In this document: one piece after another, positions 62,047 through 64,000 of the stretch | Layout of the letters: each line of letters starts with the position of its first letter | Position numbering within the stretch: the first letter of the stretch is position 1 | Assembly (NCBI GenBank): GCA_963775685.1 | Contig: CAVZJV010000001.1 | Coordinates: 44,945-108,944, forward strand | DNA length: 64,000 bases | From: Candidatus Bathyarchaeota archaeon | Lineage (GTDB): Archaea; Thermoproteota; Bathyarchaeia; Bathyarchaeales; Bathycorpusculaceae | Direction: 5' to 3' | Translations under genes and position numbers: made by a program | The notes under the pieces: model-generated | The model's input: the letters and a program-made list of their open reading frames with translations, nothing else | The model's database searches: none | What the model was told of the DNA's origin: nothing

Positions 62047-64000
62047 CTTCATAAAATCCATAAAACACATGTCATCCTACAAAAAACAAATCGTTCACAT
62101 AGAAAAAATTCCATCTCAAGAAGCAAACTATGCAGAACTCGACAAACCGCTTCCCCAAAACCTGCAAAATTGCCTCCAAAACAGAAAAATAAGATTCTAT
62201 TCCCATCAAGCAGAGGCCATAAACGTAGCCAAGCAAGGCAAAAACGTCGTAATTGCCACCCCAACTGCCTCCGGAAAAACCTTAGCCTTCAACATTCCTG
62301 TTCTTGAAGCATTAACCAACGACAAGAAAGCAACCGCACTGTACCTCTACCCAACCAAAGCCCTAACAAACGATCAACTAAAAGTTCTAAAAGAGCTCGA
62401 AAAAGACACATGCATAAAGACAGATGCCAACGTCTACGACGGAGACACACCCCCGTATCAAAGAGCAACCATACGGGAAAATTCAAGAATAATCCTAACC
62501 AACCCCTACGGACTCCACCAATACCTACCCTGGCACTACAAATGGCGAAGCTTTCTCCAAAACCTCAAATTCATCATAATTGACGAAGCTCACGTCTACC
62601 GTGGAGTCTTCGGCTCAAACGTCGCCATGGTCATAAGACGACTACTAAGAATCTGCAACTACTACCACGCAAACCCACAAATCATACTCTCCTCAGCAAC
62701 CATCGCAAACCCTAAAGAACACGCCAGCAGACTGACAGGAAAAGCCTTTGAAGTAGTCACAAAAGACGGCGCACCAAAAGGAAACAAATCCTTTGTCTTT
62801 TGGAACCCACCCTTCATCGACCAAGCCAACACAAACCGTAGATCCACCCACCAAGAAACCAAGGACCTATTAACACTAAACCTCCTCAAAAACCTCCAAA
62901 CCCTCTGCTTCACAACCTCAAGACAGATGGCTGAACTTATAACACGATGGACCAAAGAAGAACTCATCAGACGAAAAAAACCACCCAGCATCATAACAGC
63001 CTACCGCGCAGGCTACCTCCCCCAAGAAAGACGAGACATAGAAAACAAACTAAAAAACAAAACCCTAATCGGCGTCGTCTCAACAAACGCAAGTAAACTC
63101 GGAATCGACATAGGCTCACTGGACTCAGTGATCATCTCCGGCTACCCCGGAACCATCATCTCCACATGGCAACAAGCCGGACGAGCAGGCAGAAAAAGCT
63201 CCGATTCACTCATAACCCTAGTAGCCTTCCAAAACCCCCTAGACCAATACTTCATGAAACACCCAGACGACTTCTTTGGAAGACCACACGAACAAGCAAT
63301 CATCGACCTCCACAACCAATACATCTCTTTAGGACACATAATGTGCGCCTCAAGCGAACTGCCAATAAACCAAGACGTTGACAAACAATTTTTCACCGAA
63401 CTGCTTCCAGAGAGCATTAAAGCGCTGGAGCAAGAAAACCTAATCCGAAAGACCCCCAGAGGATGGGTCTACTCAGGCACAGCAAGAACAACAGAAATCG
63501 TGAATCTTGAAAGCATAACCTACCAAACCGTTTCTGTGACCTGCAACGGAAACCTTCTAGAAACCCTCACCCTCAACAAAGCCTATGAAGAAGCTCACGC
63601 AGGCGCCGTATTGCTGCATCAAGGAGAAACCTACATCACTGAAGACCTCAACTTGGGCCAATTAACCGCAAAAGTTAGGCAAGAAAACGTCAACTACTAC
63701 ACAGAAGCACTAAAAGACGTCGACGTCACCATCAAAAAAACACAAGAAGAAAACAACAACGGAGTTAAGGTTCGACTCGGGAACTAGCCATAACCGAAAT
63801 TTACCATACCTACCTAACCAAAACATACGATGAAGTCATAAAAAGAACCCCGCTTAGCCTGCCCCCTCTCTCTTTTTCAACCGTGGGCTTGTGGTTTATT
63901 ATTCCAGAAGAAATCAGAGAAGAAATCGAAGCTCAAGGGCTCGATTTTGACGGCGGACTCCACGCGGTTGAACATGCCATGATAGCGATGTCGCCTATTT
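62021..64000 (+). CDS. YprA/MrfA/Hrq1-family DEAH helicase (DUF1998 type), frameshift near 63780, runs off the window
   Basis: TPTASGKT, YPTKAL, DEAHVYRGVFGS, SATIAN and QQAGRAGR; GGLHAVEHAMI in the next frame. Confidence 0.9.

Noticed and set aside
5427-63790. Programmed frameshifting in HIT, PQQ protein, GH13 and helicase genes
   Set aside because: Single indels are scattered through many unrelated genes, some at homopolymers; sequencing error or decay is simpler and needs read data to resolve.

Overview
Archaeal DNA, most consistent with Bathyarchaeia (inferred from the PQQ-propeller and PEF-CTERM surface proteins, the CdvA-like protein, archaeal-type ValRS and GGTG-type Shine-Dalgarno sites). 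Positions 1-21.85 kb are mostly housekeeping genes: HtrA-NfeD-stomatin, a MetE-like protein, HIT, a radical SAM protein, a P1B ATPase, a RimK ligase, a TPP-riboswitch-controlled thiT plus PurM-fold operon, valS, nadX, a CdvA-like protein and tRNA-Lys(TTT). From tRNA-Lys to about 60.7 kb is a patchwork accessory region of toxin-antitoxin modules, surface proteins, single metabolic genes and many gene remnants, and the window ends with a YprB/MrfB nuclease and YprA/MrfA helicase pair. The main discovery is a family of roughly 40-50 bp imperfect palindromes (GTAGAAGAAGA...AAAWTTTTCA...TTCTTCTAC) that punctuate the accessory genes like bacterial REP elements. One copy carries an IS110/IS1111-family element whose downstream non-coding RNA has readable bridge-RNA guides. 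Its target guides match the palindrome arm exactly and its donor guides match the element's own ends. A canonical TPP riboswitch, uncommon in archaea, is the second highlight. Several single frameshifts may be long-read errors.
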